DNA from: Octopus vulgaris
Taxonomy: Eukaryota
Reading direction: 5' to 3'
DNA length: 64,000 nucleotides
NCBI GenBank assembly: GCA_951406725.2
Contig: OX597830.1
Span: 33,604,001-33,668,000 of the forward strand
Position 1 is the stretch's first letter; each line of letters begins with the position of its first letter. Below are positions 39,436 to 53,889 of this stretch, one piece after another. The translations under genes were made by a program, and so were the position numbers. The notes beneath the pieces are model-generated. The model was not told the DNA's origin, ran no database searches, and saw only the letters and a program-made list of their open reading frames with translations.

Positions 39436-39637
39436 TTTCGTTTTGGGATTTGGTTTGCAAGATTCTTTATGTGAGTACGTGTGTTGAAGCATATTCTGAT
39501 GTGTCTGGGGAGAGTCATTTTCTTTTTGTGCCTTATAATTTAACACACACACTGGGAAAATTTCCACTTACTTCTTATTTTTATTTTCCTAAAATTTTCG
39601 TGGAAATTTTACCAGTGACTGTTACATTATAAGGCAT
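39436..39637. mobile_element. Second copy of the 13498-14172 fold-back family
   Basis: Shares gtgtctggggagagtcatttt..gtgccttata; inverts at 39600/39601. Confidence 0.8.
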
Positions 39638-39770
39638 TGGCTCTTTGCATTTGGAGTTCAAATTTCACTGAGGTCAGCTCTACCTTTCATCCTTTTAGGG
39701 TTGATAAAAGTAAATTACCAGTCATGTATTGTGTGGGGTGGAGCATTGATGTCAATATAATCAACTAAAC

Positions 39771-39850
39771 CAGTGGTTCCCAAACATTTTGGGGCTACCA
39801 CCTCCTTGATACCCAGGCCACATTCCTAGTGCCCCCACCCCAACTAACCA
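39771..39850 (+). mobile_element. Possible hAT (Charlie-like) MITE left end
   Basis: Begins cagtggttcccaaac; no partner TIR found. Confidence 0.35.
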
Positions 39851-40077
39851 TTACAAACATAGACCTCTTTGTGCAACAAATTCAAAGAAACTGTATTTCA
39901 CAATTAAAACTTAAACCTAACGACCCCATTATTTTGTTGCTTTTACATGAATCACCACCCCAAAATCATCCCAATTTTTACATGAATCACTACCCCATTA
40001 TCGCCCCACTTTTCTTCATGCATACATATATATATACATGTACATAAACACACACACACACGCATATATATATATAT

Positions 40078-40285
40078 TACAGAGATGTACTTGCATAGCA
40101 AGTGACCTGATCTAAGATCGTGTGCTGGAACAAAAACAATTGCAGCATGGAAGGTGTTTATAAGCCATTTAAGAATCATACAAGAACTATAAGATTCACT
40201 TCAACATTTAAATTTAATTTGCCAAAATATTTTCCTTGCTTTGAGATTGCAACCTGTTCACTGGCAAAATTCCGTGCTGCATCTC
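40078..40285 (-). mobile_element. Single arm of the G3-C8 hammerhead repeat (motif 40218-40268)
   Basis: UUUGCCA-GUGAACA-G-GUUGC AAUCUCAAA GCAAG-GAAA AUAU UU-UGGCAAA. Confidence 0.8.
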
Positions 40286-40309
40286 TGTATATATATACGA
40301 TGGGCTTCT

Positions 40310-40543
40310 TTTTTCTTTACTGCCTACAAGGTGCTACACACAGAGGGGACAAACAAGGACAGACAAACGGATTAAGTCGATTATATCGACCCCAGTGTGT
40401 AACTGGTACTTATTTAATTGATCCCAAATGGATGAAAGACTAAGTTGACCTCAGCGGAATTTGGATTCCGAACGTACCAGCAGACGAAATACTGCTTAGC
40501 ATATCGTCCAGCGTGCAAACGTTTCTGCCAGCTCGCCTCCTTA

Positions 40544-40585
<42 letters not shown>

Positions 40586-40750
40586 CAGCAGCAGCAACAG
40601 TAAGTTTCAAATTTTGGCACAGGAGTAGTAGTTTTAAGGGAGGCAGAAAATCGATTACATTGGCCTTTGTACTTGCCTGGTACTTTTTTTATTGATCTTG
40701 AAAGAATGAAAGGCTAAGTTGACTTTGCTAGGATTCGAACACTGAATGTA
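40310..40750 (-). mobile_element. Two SINE family D copies (40310-40542 full, 40600-40750 partial) separated by (GTA)n
   Basis: Reverse matches to 10165-10397. Confidence 0.83.
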
Positions 40751-40981
40751 TGCTTCTTACCACACAGCCACTCCTGTGCCTATGATAATACTACAATGAA
40801 AGTCTTTCCAGTTGAGTATGAGTTCTTCCACCGGATGAAGTCATAGTGTAATTTCATTTTGACTTTCTCATGCAGCTTCCTTGGCATAGTCAAGTACTTG
40901 AGTTGACAAAACCAAACGTACCCCTCCAATTGAGGTCCGTTTTTTAAAATCATTATTTTCATGATATTGTCATTAGAAATT

Positions 40982-41366
40982 GTGGAGGCGCAATGGTCCA
41001 GTGGTTAGGGCAGCGGACTCGCGGTCATAGGATCGCGGTTTCGATTCCCAGACCGGGCGTTGTGAGTGTTTAATGAGCGAAAACACCTAAAAAGCTCCAC
41101 GAGGCTTCGGCAGGGGATGGTGGTGATCCCTGCTGTACTCTTTCACCACAACTTTCTCTCACTCTTACTTCCTGTTTCTGTTGTACCTGTATTTCAAGGG
41201 GCCAGCCTTGACACTCTCTGTGTCACGCTGAATATCCCCGAGAACTACGTTAAGGGTGCACGTGTCTGTGGAGTGCTCAGCCACTTACACGTTAATTTCA
41301 CGTGCAGGCTGTTCTGTTGATTCAGATCAACTGGAACCCTCATCGTTGTAACTGACGGAGTGCTTC
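40982..41366 (+). mobile_element. SINE family B, young CpG-rich copy
   Basis: ggaggcgcaatggtccagtggttagggcagcggactcgcggtc..ggtttcgattccc tRNA-like head. Confidence 0.9.
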
Positions 41367-41624
41367 CATCCATTAGAAATTATAATTACTTCAGTGAATG
41401 GTCTAACTTTCATCTTTCCAGGTTCATTCAAATATATACCTGTCACATTTGAGTGAACCTGGAATGATTGGTTTCAAATAAAATCAATTTTTCCAGGTTC
41501 ACTCAAATGTATACCTGTCATATAATAGGGGCATCAAATAAAGTAGCTACACTCTCTCCCAAACCAAGACTGTGTGACCTTTGATCTGCATTAGAAATTT
41601 TTATTATAATTATTAACCTTGGTT

Positions 41625-42035
41625 TCTTACTCTTTTACTTGTTTCAGTCATTTGATGTGGCCATGCTGGTGCACTGCCTTTAGTCGAGCAAATCGACCCC
41701 AGGGTTTATTCTTTGGAAGCCTAGCACTTGTTCTAGCGGTCTCTTTTGCAAACCACTATGTTATGGGGATGTAAACACACCAGCATTGCTTGTCAAGCGA
41801 TGTTGGGGTGACAAACACAGATACAAACATACACACACATGCACGCACACGCACACACACACACACATATACGACAGGCTTCTTTCAGTTTCTGTCTACC
41901 AAATCGACTAACAAGGCTTTGGTCAGCCCGAGGCTATAGTAGAAGACACTTGCTCAAGGTGCCATGCAGTGGGACTGAACCTGGGACCATGTGGTTCATA
42001 AGCAAGCTACTTACCACACAGCCACTCCTACGCCT
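41625..42035 (-). mobile_element. SINE family A
   Basis: Full-length reverse match. Confidence 0.92.
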
Positions 42036-42303
42036 ATTTCTTGTTAATTTTTTTATATAGTTTCTTTTTACATAGGCACAAAAGGTGGCTTAGTCAATTA
42101 GATTGCCCCCATCCCCCCGGCATTTTACTAGTACACATTCTATCGACCCCAGTACTTGACTGATATTTTACTGACCCTTCTGAGGTTGATGAAACATAGT
42201 ACCAATCAAACACACAATAGATTGTAAATCGAAATAAATAGACAGACAGGCAGATAGACAGGCAGATAGATAGATTGACAGACAGACAGACAGTGAGACA
42301 GAC

Positions 42304-42379
<76 letters not shown>

Positions 42380-42881
42380 GGGTAGATAGGTAGACAGGTA
42401 GAATGTAAACTTAGAACAGAAAAGAATTAGCCAAAAAATTATGCCCAATGTATTGTACATCAGAAAGAAAGAAAAAAAGAAAAGAGATAGGTTGACATTC
42501 AGGTGAACACTTTACCAAAGTGGAGTGAGGAAGTCTTTGTGATGGTGGTGATGGTGGTGGGGGCATTCATTGTAAAAGCATGTCTCTGCATCTACCATTT
42601 GTTGTTGATTCTCTGCTGGTGGATGACACCTTTGTAGCACTCAGGCAACAATCCTGCAGCCCATGGGTCTGTTTGAGTAGTCATTGCTGGTAAGGGTTTT
42701 ATGAGGACGAAGTGAAAATCCTGTCTTGACCTCATTTAATCGCCTTTTATGATGTGCAGAGGAAATGTTGGGCCTATTTTTCGTTTTGTTGATCTCCACA
42801 GGACATTAGAAAGAAATAAGGAAGGAAAAAAAAGAAAGAAGTAAACAAACAATACAAATTTAGAGCATTTGCACACATGTG

Positions 42882-42919
<38 letters not shown>

Positions 42920-42984
42920 CACACACACGCACGCACCCACACACACACACACACAGAGGTTTCACTTCTATGAAATTCTATATT

Positions 42985-43220
42985 AAGGCAGCGAGCTGGC
43001 AGAATCGTTATCACACCGGGCGAAATGCCTAGCAGTATTTCGTCTGCCGTTACGTTCTGAGTTCAAATTCCACTGAGGCCGACTTTGCCTTTCATCCTTA
43101 TGGGGGTCGATTAAATAAGTACCAGTTACGCACTGGGGTCGATATAATCAACTTGATCCATTTGTCTGTCCTTGTTTGTCCTCTCTGTGTTTAGCCCCTT
43201 GTGGGTAGTAAAGAAATAGA
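42985..43220 (+). mobile_element. SINE family D, full length
   Basis: Near-identical to 10165-10397. Confidence 0.92.
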
Positions 43221-43534
43221 AATTCTATATCATCACAAAGAGACATCGTCAACAGTAACACCAATTGCTAGAAAATATATTTGGTTACTTTCATTAACAA
43301 AAAAAGAAAAAAATGCACAAATTCTTTTTTTTTTTCCATTTCCATATTCATTTTACTCATGCCACTCCAATCACCTTCAATATCACCTGTTTCTGAGTTC
43401 AAATCATACCAGAATTGACATTTTCCACATTTTATTTTGGAACTAATAAAAGAAGTCCTTGCAATGTACAAGGGGTTTAAAATAATCAACTTCCATCTCT
43501 TTCTAGTTCCAAAACAAATATAACATTCCAAAAG

Positions 43535-45480
<1,946 letters not shown>

Positions 45481-45822
45481 AAAATAACAAATTTAATAAC
45501 GATATACTTTATTTGTCACAAGGGCAACATTATTAGAGGAACATTACATGGACAAATAACAGAAATGGCAATTGTCTATGCAGAGTTGATTCCAAGGAAA
45601 AGAAAATGGGTATAAAATAACAAGAGAGGAGAACAAAATAAAATGAGAGATTTCAGTAGAAGGACATTTACCTAGGGTTAATAGAAGTACTTCCCAGTGC
45701 CACATGTATTTTAAATATCTAGAAAATGTGGCCACTCCTCTCCAGCTGGGTCCTCTAGCCTGCATGTGCATGTTGAGTGTAAGCGTATTCAAGCAGGCAA
45801 TGTGTGTCACTCTCATTCAACA

Positions 45823-46034
45823 TTACTCTTTTACTCTTTTACTTGTTTCAGTCATTTGACTGCGGCCATGCTGGAGCACCATCTTTATAGTCGAGCAAAT
45901 CGACCCCAGAGCTTATTCTTTGTAAGCCTAGTACTTATTCTATCAGTCTCTTTTGCCGAACCGCTAAGTTACAGGGACCTAAACGCACCAGCATTGGTTG
46001 TCAAGCGATGCTGGGGGCACAAACAGACACACAA

Positions 46035-46075
<41 letters not shown>

Positions 46076-46218
46076 CATATATACATATACGATAGGCTTC
46101 TTCCAGTTTCCATCTACCAAATCCACTCACAAGGCTTTGGTTGGCCTGAGGCTACAGTAGAAGACACATGTCCAAGGTGCCATGCAGTGGGACTGAACCC
46201 TGGACCAAGCTACTTACC
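45823..46218 (-). mobile_element. SINE family A
   Basis: Reverse match with a small deletion in the head. Confidence 0.92.
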
Positions 46219-47134
46219 ACACAGCCACTCCTGCACCTATAACATTGAGCAAATTAATAGAAAAGCAGTCCCACCCTCTCTGCCATCACTGACCATTTCA
46301 ATTAAGAAGTTGATGAGGATTTCATCAAAGAAGAAGTATCTACATCCAGGCTTTTCAGTCTCATCCATCATGCAATTTCTTTCACCTCAGCTGCCGGATG
46401 GAGAAAAAAGTATCTCTGCTTCCAGATCAATGGAAAATGCAAGTCAATTCTCATAATAGGCTGAACTGATAGCTGGACGCATCCCACACGTGGTCACACC
46501 TGTTCTACTTCACTGCACATGTCAGATGTGCTCAGACACTGAAAGTGTATAACGGGTGTTTTCCTTCACTGTTTGCATCATGGACAATCCTCCCTGATGA
46601 AGCTATCGTACAAATAGGGCTTGTTCCTAACTGGCAGTATCATCCTCTACAATAGCATCAGGTTGATAACCCTTTGCAATGGACTATGAAGAGGATCTTC
46701 ACTGACACCTACATTCTCCCTAAGAACATCGTTATTTCTACCTATCACTTATCTTTTAAAGAATATATTGCTGACATATTTAACAACCCTCAATACTTAA
46801 CTAGATAATTATCCTCTTGGCATTTAAACAGGCCACATTCGGCCAAAATATTCCACACATGTTTTATGTTCAAACTGGCCTGATCTGGTCTTTCACACCA
46901 ACCATACAATATCATCCTAAAAATTAAATTACCTCATCAAAACCTCAAAGCTAAAAGATAATGCATGATTAATCCAAAATGTGAATAAACAAACATGGCT
47001 TTTAACTGAATAATGTGAATGCTTGAGGATTATAATGAATAACCATAATAATGTTGTTGATAATGATATTTAGCTGGTGGGGTATAATCAGGTTAATGGA
47101 CCACAAAATTGTTAGATCTGTAGACTAAAGTATT

Positions 47135-47285
47135 TTACTCTTTTCTTCTTTTATTCTTTTACTTGTTTCACTCATTTGATTGTGGCCATGCTGGAGCACT
47201 GCGTTAAAGGGTTTTTGTGGTCACAGAAACCAACCACAGGAGTTATTCTTTACAATCCTAGTACACAAATGTACATACACATAAA

Positions 47286-47320
<35 letters not shown>

Positions 47321-47679
47321 GTATATATTTATGTGTATGTCTACTTTTTTTTAATACTGTTAAATATTGTCAATTATTTCTAAATGTATAGTTTAATTAT
47401 AATGTCTTCATTTATGTTCTAAATTCATTTTATGTTATTTAGACCTGAAGAGTGGCTATGTATTGTTGGATCGAAGAAATACTAATTTTTGAGATTATCC
47501 ATTTTGATATTGTCTATTTAAATATATTGTCATGAAATGCATGTTGTCGTTTTAATGTGTGTTATTTAGTATAGTAACTTTTAGTACAATATTAATAATA
47601 TATTTCAATTTATATTATATTATAGATAATATCTTTCATTATTAATTGAATTACTTTATGGAGGTTCTGTTTCTTAATT

Positions 47680-47730
<51 letters not shown>

Positions 47731-47892
47731 AACACATGATGAGCTTCTTTCAGTTTTCTGCCTACCAAATCTTTTCAGAAGGCTTTGATTAGCCCAAGGC
47801 TACCATTGAAGACACTTGCCCAAAGTGCTATACAGTGAACCCAGAACCATGTGGTCAAGAAGCAAGCTTCTTACCACACAGCCATGCCTGGG
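47135..47892 (-). mobile_element. SINE family A split by an AT-rich hammerhead-bearing insert (~47340-47680)
   Basis: Tail half at 47135-47265, head half at 47715-47892. Confidence 0.75.
47442..47548 (+). ncRNA. Type I hammerhead motif with an extended stem II
   Basis: GAC-CUGAAGA-GUGGCUAUGUAUU..AAUAUAUUGUCAU-GAA-AU GCAU GU-U-GUC. Confidence 0.65.
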
Positions 47893-48361
47893 CCAAGTAA
47901 CGTTAAATATGTGTTGAGGAAAAAAAGCTCAACATAATCAATTTGTTAGAGATTAAGATATTTTTTTTATTTTGCATCAGCAAGTATGGGAGATAACTTG
48001 AAACATTTCAGCCTTGTTGAGAATCTTCAGTAGAAATCTTATCTAACTGTACCTACTAAATTACGTATGACGGAGTCAATAAATAACTATTCAAAACTGG
48101 ATATTGTTTGGAGAGTGAGAGGGATGTAGGGTGAGAGAAATAGTAAGACTTATGAGTGGCAAGGAAGAAATCATTGCCCTTTCATTTTATTTGCCATATT
48201 GAGATTGGTATTAACAAGGTCTGCAATCTTCAAAGATGCACCGAAGAAATGGTGTGCTGTTGTCGTCATTTGTCTGTGAAAACAAAATGACATATTTGTA
48301 GATATGGCTCACTGGAAGCTGTTTACCTCTGGATTAAATTCAATAATCCAGCATTATTACA

Positions 48362-48733
48362 GGTATGGCTGTGTGGTTAAGGAGTTCACTTCTCAACCAT
48401 ATGGTTTCAGGTTCAGTACCACTACACGGCACTTTGGGTAAACGCATTCTACTAAAGCCTTCATCCTACCAAATCCTTGTGAGTGGAACAGAACTGATAG
48501 CTGGAAGTTGAAAGAAGCCCATAATATTTCTATGTGTGCATGTGTGTGTGTATAAGTGTGCATATGTGTGTGTGTGTGTGTGTGTGCGTGTGTGTGTGTG
48601 TAAGTGTGCATATGTGTGTGTGTGTGCGTGTGTGTGTGTAAGTGTGCATATGTGTGTGTGCGTGTGTGTGTGCATGTGTGTGTGTGTAAGTGTGCATATG
48701 TGTGTGTGTGCGTGTGTGTGTGTGTAAGTGTGC

Positions 48734-48764
<31 letters not shown>

Positions 48765-49015
48765 TGTGTTTGTGTGTGTCTTTTTCCTTGCCTTGACATC
48801 ATGCAATGGCTGCAAATAAGCATTATCATCAAGCAAGCATTGCCCCTCGTTTGCAGTCTTCTGTGAAAACTTATCCAGCTATGAGGATAAAATTCCCTTG
48901 CTTAGAAACAGCTGAAGGTTGGTGATAGGAAAGGCATTTGTCTGTAGAAAACCTGCCTCACCGTATTTCACCAGACCCATTCAAACTCAGATAAGTGGAT
49001 GCTAAAGCACGATTA
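48362..49015 (+). mobile_element. SINE family G with an expanded internal (TG)n-based repeat (48530-48780)
   Basis: Head tggctgtgtggttaag..ggttcagtacc; tail ggttggtgataggaaaggcat..gaaaacctgcctc. Confidence 0.8.
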
Positions 49016-49829
49016 TGTATGTAGATATCAAATCAGCTGGGAATAGAGCTAAAGGAAGCTCCAATATTTTCACCATTAATCAGAAGTTAGATTAAAATAG
49101 AAGCCATGGCATTAAGATCTTATCTGTTATTAGGCTGATGAGGACAGATACTGTGACACGTTAATTTTAGTCAAGACACAATGAAATGAGCCAACAAGTG
49201 AGTCTTTCCATGGTTGTTTAATATGCTAAAAATAGGAACCAAATTTTCCTCAAATTGCATTGGTAGGCTTATCGGATAATGAAACCTGGTACATACCTGG
49301 TACATATTAAAGTGGTGATCATTACATTAATGCTTCTGACTACAAAACCATTCAATCAAGGTTGATCCAGGGCTAAACAACATAACTACCTGGAAGAAAT
49401 AGCAGCTAAATGTCCTTCGAATGACATCTATCCAGCTCTTTTGAAAAAATCAAAAGGACATATTGGCCAAAACTACATTAACTTGTTCTAATGTTTCCAT
49501 TGAGGCTACATGCCTTGTGAAGGCATATAGCCAAGGGGGTCAGTATTTAACTTCCAGATGAAACAATGCATGCTGTTCTAGAGCAAACCATTTCATATCA
49601 CATTGCTCCAATCCAACCAGCTAAAAATGAGGACAAGCAATGGTTATGTGTATGACTTTGTGGTGAACAGGTACTCCATTGAGGGAGAGAGTATGGTCCT
49701 CTTGGTTACATATATAGATAAATACACACACATACACACATAAACACACATCACCCCTCCATACACACCACATATACATACATATACACACACAAATATA
49801 CACTCGCACTCACATACACACACACACAC

Positions 49830-50084
49830 ATGCTTTATTAATAAAACTGCAAAGACATCACAAAAACTATTACTCAGAGTTTCACATTCCCATTTGTTAG
49901 AAAGTTGGGGTTGAGAATGGAACTAAGATAAGGTTATATGTATAAATATACAATTGAATAATTGTATATTTACACATATAACTTTATTTTTGTTCCATTC
50001 TCAGCTAAAACTATCTGATGAACGCGAATGTGAAACTCTGAGTAACAGCTGTTGTGATATCTTTGAGCTTTATTAATAAAGCAT
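49830..50084. mobile_element. Palindromic Penelope-like repeat, ~126 bp arms, 4 nt loop
   Basis: Centre caatt-gaat-aattg at 49951-49964; ends atgctttattaataaa / tttattaataaagcat. Confidence 0.88.
50009..50050 (+). ncRNA. Type I hammerhead motif, intact core, GUA site
   Basis: AACUAU-CUGAUGA-ACG CGAA UGU-GAA-ACU CUG AGU-A-ACAGCU; decayed mirror copy on the minus strand at ~49864-49906. Confidence 0.68.
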
Positions 50085-50624
50085 ATTACTCTACATCAGC
50101 CATCTTTCTTTCTTCTCCTAACTGTGTTTCTTTCTTTATCTCCTTTGTAGCTGGAATGAAGAAGACATGTTCTTGTCTGTCTCCTGTCCAAGCTTGATTT
50201 ACTCGTTCATCACCACGACCTCATTTAGGCTTAGCAGCCCTTCCTGTTTGTTTTCACTGTACAGTTTGTGTTACTAATTTTGACCCTCCACAGCATCCCA
50301 AATTTTATTTAATTTGCTTTGCAAGAGCAACTGTTTTATCAAAAGTGTATATTGTTGATAAATGCTCAAAATACAAGAGTAGAAAAACAGCCAACAACTG
50401 GTGAAGTGGCATTCTTTATGTTGCTTGTCTTGTTCTCCATTTTAGTCTTATGTTGTTCAAAAAAAATACTTCATATTCCATCTACTCATACTTCGTATTT
50501 TTTTTTTTTGTTGTGCACGTTTCATGATGTCCTGTGCCCACATATGCATATATATATATAAGTATAGATGTAAGTATGTACATATACGTATGTATATATG
50601 CATATATATATATATATGTTATTA

Positions 50625-50664
<40 letters not shown>

Positions 50665-51615
50665 CATTATATATAAAAGAGGGGAGGACCGAAATCCTTC
50701 AAAGGGATGTCAAACACCCAAGTGCGCTGGTACAGTCCAAGTAAAGAATATATATAAAAGTATATATTCAGTATTTACAAAAACAATGTATGAAGTATAA
50801 GGAAGGGAAAAATTGTAAGTGTAAACGATCTTTAATTCATAATCCAAGTTGGTACAGAACCAATATTCATTCTGTACCATACCATGGGAAGTGAGATAAG
50901 TCTAATGAGACTCTAGGCTCATGAGAGGGTTAAGACTAAAATATTTGTTCTAGATAAGCTAATACTGCAAAGTAGACAGCATGGGTGTTGCTGGATCAAA
51001 GATGACCTGATTCTAAAAGAACAACAACAACAACAACAGCAAATCTTGCTTCTGTTTAAGTAAAGAATAAAGAAGAAAACGAAACTGAAAGAACAAAAAC
51101 AAGACAAAACAAAACAATATACAACTAAACCAATTGCGGCTTTAAAGTGTCTCTGATTTTGTTGACAGAGTGTAATGTTTAATGCAATTTATGTTATGTT
51201 CAGCTAAATAACAGAACCATCACATGACTAACGAGTTTTATTAGTTATCTTCTGTATAATTAAATCTGAATCACAGATCAAATATAGTGAGATAAAGAAA
51301 GGAGGAGGATTAATTGAATACATTTATAATTGTTCGTTGCTTGTATTTAGTCTTGTTAAAATCACTGAAGATAAAAAGATAAATGAACACAAAAAAAGAA
51401 ACAAAAAAACAAAGAAAAAGAAGAAGAAAAAAAACAAAGAAAACTGGTAAAAAGAATTTCAACAGACTGCTATGTTTCTTTTGAAGTGTATTTGTGATTA
51501 ACTTCTTTGGAAGATTCATTGCTAATGAGCACTAAGTTAATCTAGAAATTTTGAAGAAATAAATGTGTGTGGGCGATCAGAAGTGACAGCGTGAAGGAGG
51601 TAGATAGATATATAT

Positions 51616-51650
<35 letters not shown>

Positions 51651-51895
51651 TAGAAAGAGATAGATAGTGAGAGGGGAAGAGAGAGAGTGTCGCAAGAGAC
51701 AGGTATTTGGTCATATGAGACATTATATATATATATATATATATATACACATTCATTTAACTATGTGTGTACCTTTATATGTGAATATGTGTGTGAGCAC
51801 ATCTAAGTTTGTGCGTGCTTGTGTAATTACATGTATGTATGTGTATATATATATTAAAATATATATATATATATACATATATGTATATATTTATG

Positions 51896-51959
<64 letters not shown>

Positions 51960-52487
51960 CACATATACCTTTATATCTTTGCATTTATATAAGTATACAT
52001 ATGAATATACATTTATATGTGTGCCCTCACAGTTTGTGTCATGAATGGTTGATTGACCAAACATATCAGCAAAGGGCATCAGACAAATAAATATAACTAT
52101 ACTCTACCCCATGCATTGAGTACTACACACACACAATCATTATTGACTCGTGATTCTCTGATAAATGAAATTTTCAACAGATTTCTTTTAGAAAAGGCAT
52201 AAAGGATGTGCTTTCCATTTGCCTTTTCCATAGAGACATAAGACCAAAGCGTGTTGATGCTTTACCCTAGTTCAATAGCAATGGAAGAGAGATTAATGCA
52301 ACTTGAATGTCTTCTATGAATAGAGGCATAAACTCAAAGTAGAATGTTGCTACATAATCCAAAGTTGTTTAGTTCAGCTTACTACAGTTTCTTCCCTGCA
52401 GCTACTGCTACTATCAACATCACATTTAGTATGTGACCCTTAATGTGCCAATAATTTTTCATACAGATGCCCTCTCTTAATTATTTC

Positions 52488-53058
52488 TTTTTTCTTTATT
52501 GCCTATAAGGGGCTAAACATAGAGGGAACAAACAAGGGCAGACAAAGGGATTAAGTCGATTAGATCGACCTCAGTGCGTAACTGGTACTTAATTTATCGA
52601 CCCCGAAAGAGTGAAAGGCAAAGTTGACCTCGGCGGAATTTGAACTCAGAACGTAACGGCAGATGAAATACCTATTTCTTTACTACCCACTAGGGGTTAA
52701 ACACAGAGGGGACGAACAAGGACAGACAAAGGGATTAAGTTGATTAGATCGACCTCAGTGCGTAACTGGTACTTAATTTATCAACCCCCGAAAGGATGAA
52801 AGGCAAAGTTGACCTCAGCGGAATTTGAACTCAGAACATAACAGCAGACGAAATACCTATTTCTTTACTACCCACTAGGGGCTAAACACAGAAGGGACAA
52901 ACAAGGACAGACAAACGGATTAAGTTGATTATATCGACCCCAGTGTGTAACTGGTACTTAATTTATTGACCCCGAAAGGATGAAAGGCAAAGTCAACCTT
53001 GGCGGAATTTGAACTCACAACATAACGGCAGACAAAATACCGCTAAGCATTTTGGCCT
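52488..53058 (-). mobile_element. Head-to-tail trimer of SINE family D (~183 bp units)
   Basis: Units begin at ~52491, ~52672 and ~52856; junction gaaatacctatttctttactaccc. Confidence 0.92.
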
Positions 53059-53184
53059 TGATTATTAATTATTTCTTAATTATTTCTCTTAACAATTTTG
53101 TTTTGTATGGCATTAAATGCACAATTATTTACACATAAAGACAATTTATTTTCACTGTGTACAATGAGATTGGAAGTAATGACC

Positions 53185-53578
53185 TTCCTGTGCCAGTAGC
53201 ATGTTAAAAGCACCTGTTCTGGTGCTATATATGGAGCACCTGTGCTGGCACCATGTATAGAGCACCCATGCCAGTGCCACATGAAAAAATACTCATACCA
53301 GTGGCCATGTCAAAAAACCTCTGTGGCAGCACCATGTAACAAACCACCCATTGTGATGCTACATAAAAAAAAACTCATGCTGGCACCATGTACAAGGACA
53401 ACCAGTACACTCTGTAAAGTGGTTGGCATTAGGAAGGGCATCCAGCTGTAGAAACCTTGCCAAAATAGACTGGAGCCCGGTACACCCCCACTGGTTTGCC
53501 AGCTCCTGTTAAATCATCATCCAACCCATGCCAGCAGGGAAAGCAAAGGTTAAATGATGATGATGATGATGGTGATGG

Positions 53579-53631
<53 letters not shown>

Positions 53632-53737
53632 GTGGTGGTGCTGGTGCTGGTGGTGGTGGTGGTGATGGTGGTGGCAGTTGTGGTGGTTGTGGTGGTGGTG
53701 GTGGTGGTGGTGGTGGTGGTGGTGGTGGTGGTGGTGA
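53185..53737 (+). mobile_element. SINE family E with degenerate ~30 bp internal tandem units and a (GAT)n(GGT)n tail
   Basis: gtgctggcaccatgta..agcaccc-like units, then the family E tail. Confidence 0.85.
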
Positions 53738-53889
53738 TGCCATCTTTTAATTATTTCTCTTAGAAGTTCTATTTCCTACAGCATGAAATGCACAATCATT
53801 TATATTTAAAAATTCATAAATAGAACAACAGTGGCAGTGTTAATGATACCAAAAAGGTAAAATATTCACCAATTGAAAGTGATATTGCT

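Noticed and set aside
40982-41060. Possible tRNA gene, as for the other A/B-box heads
   Set aside because: Continues into a SINE body present in several copies; no complete cloverleaf
46250-46740. Possible very old LINE 3' fragment (..CFPSLFASWTILPDE); similar hints at 9000-9600 and 42480-42800
   Set aside because: Too degenerate to assign without a profile search
53630-53737. (GGT)n G-quadruplex or poly-Pro/Gly ORF
   Set aside because: Drifted extension of the SINE (GAT)n tail
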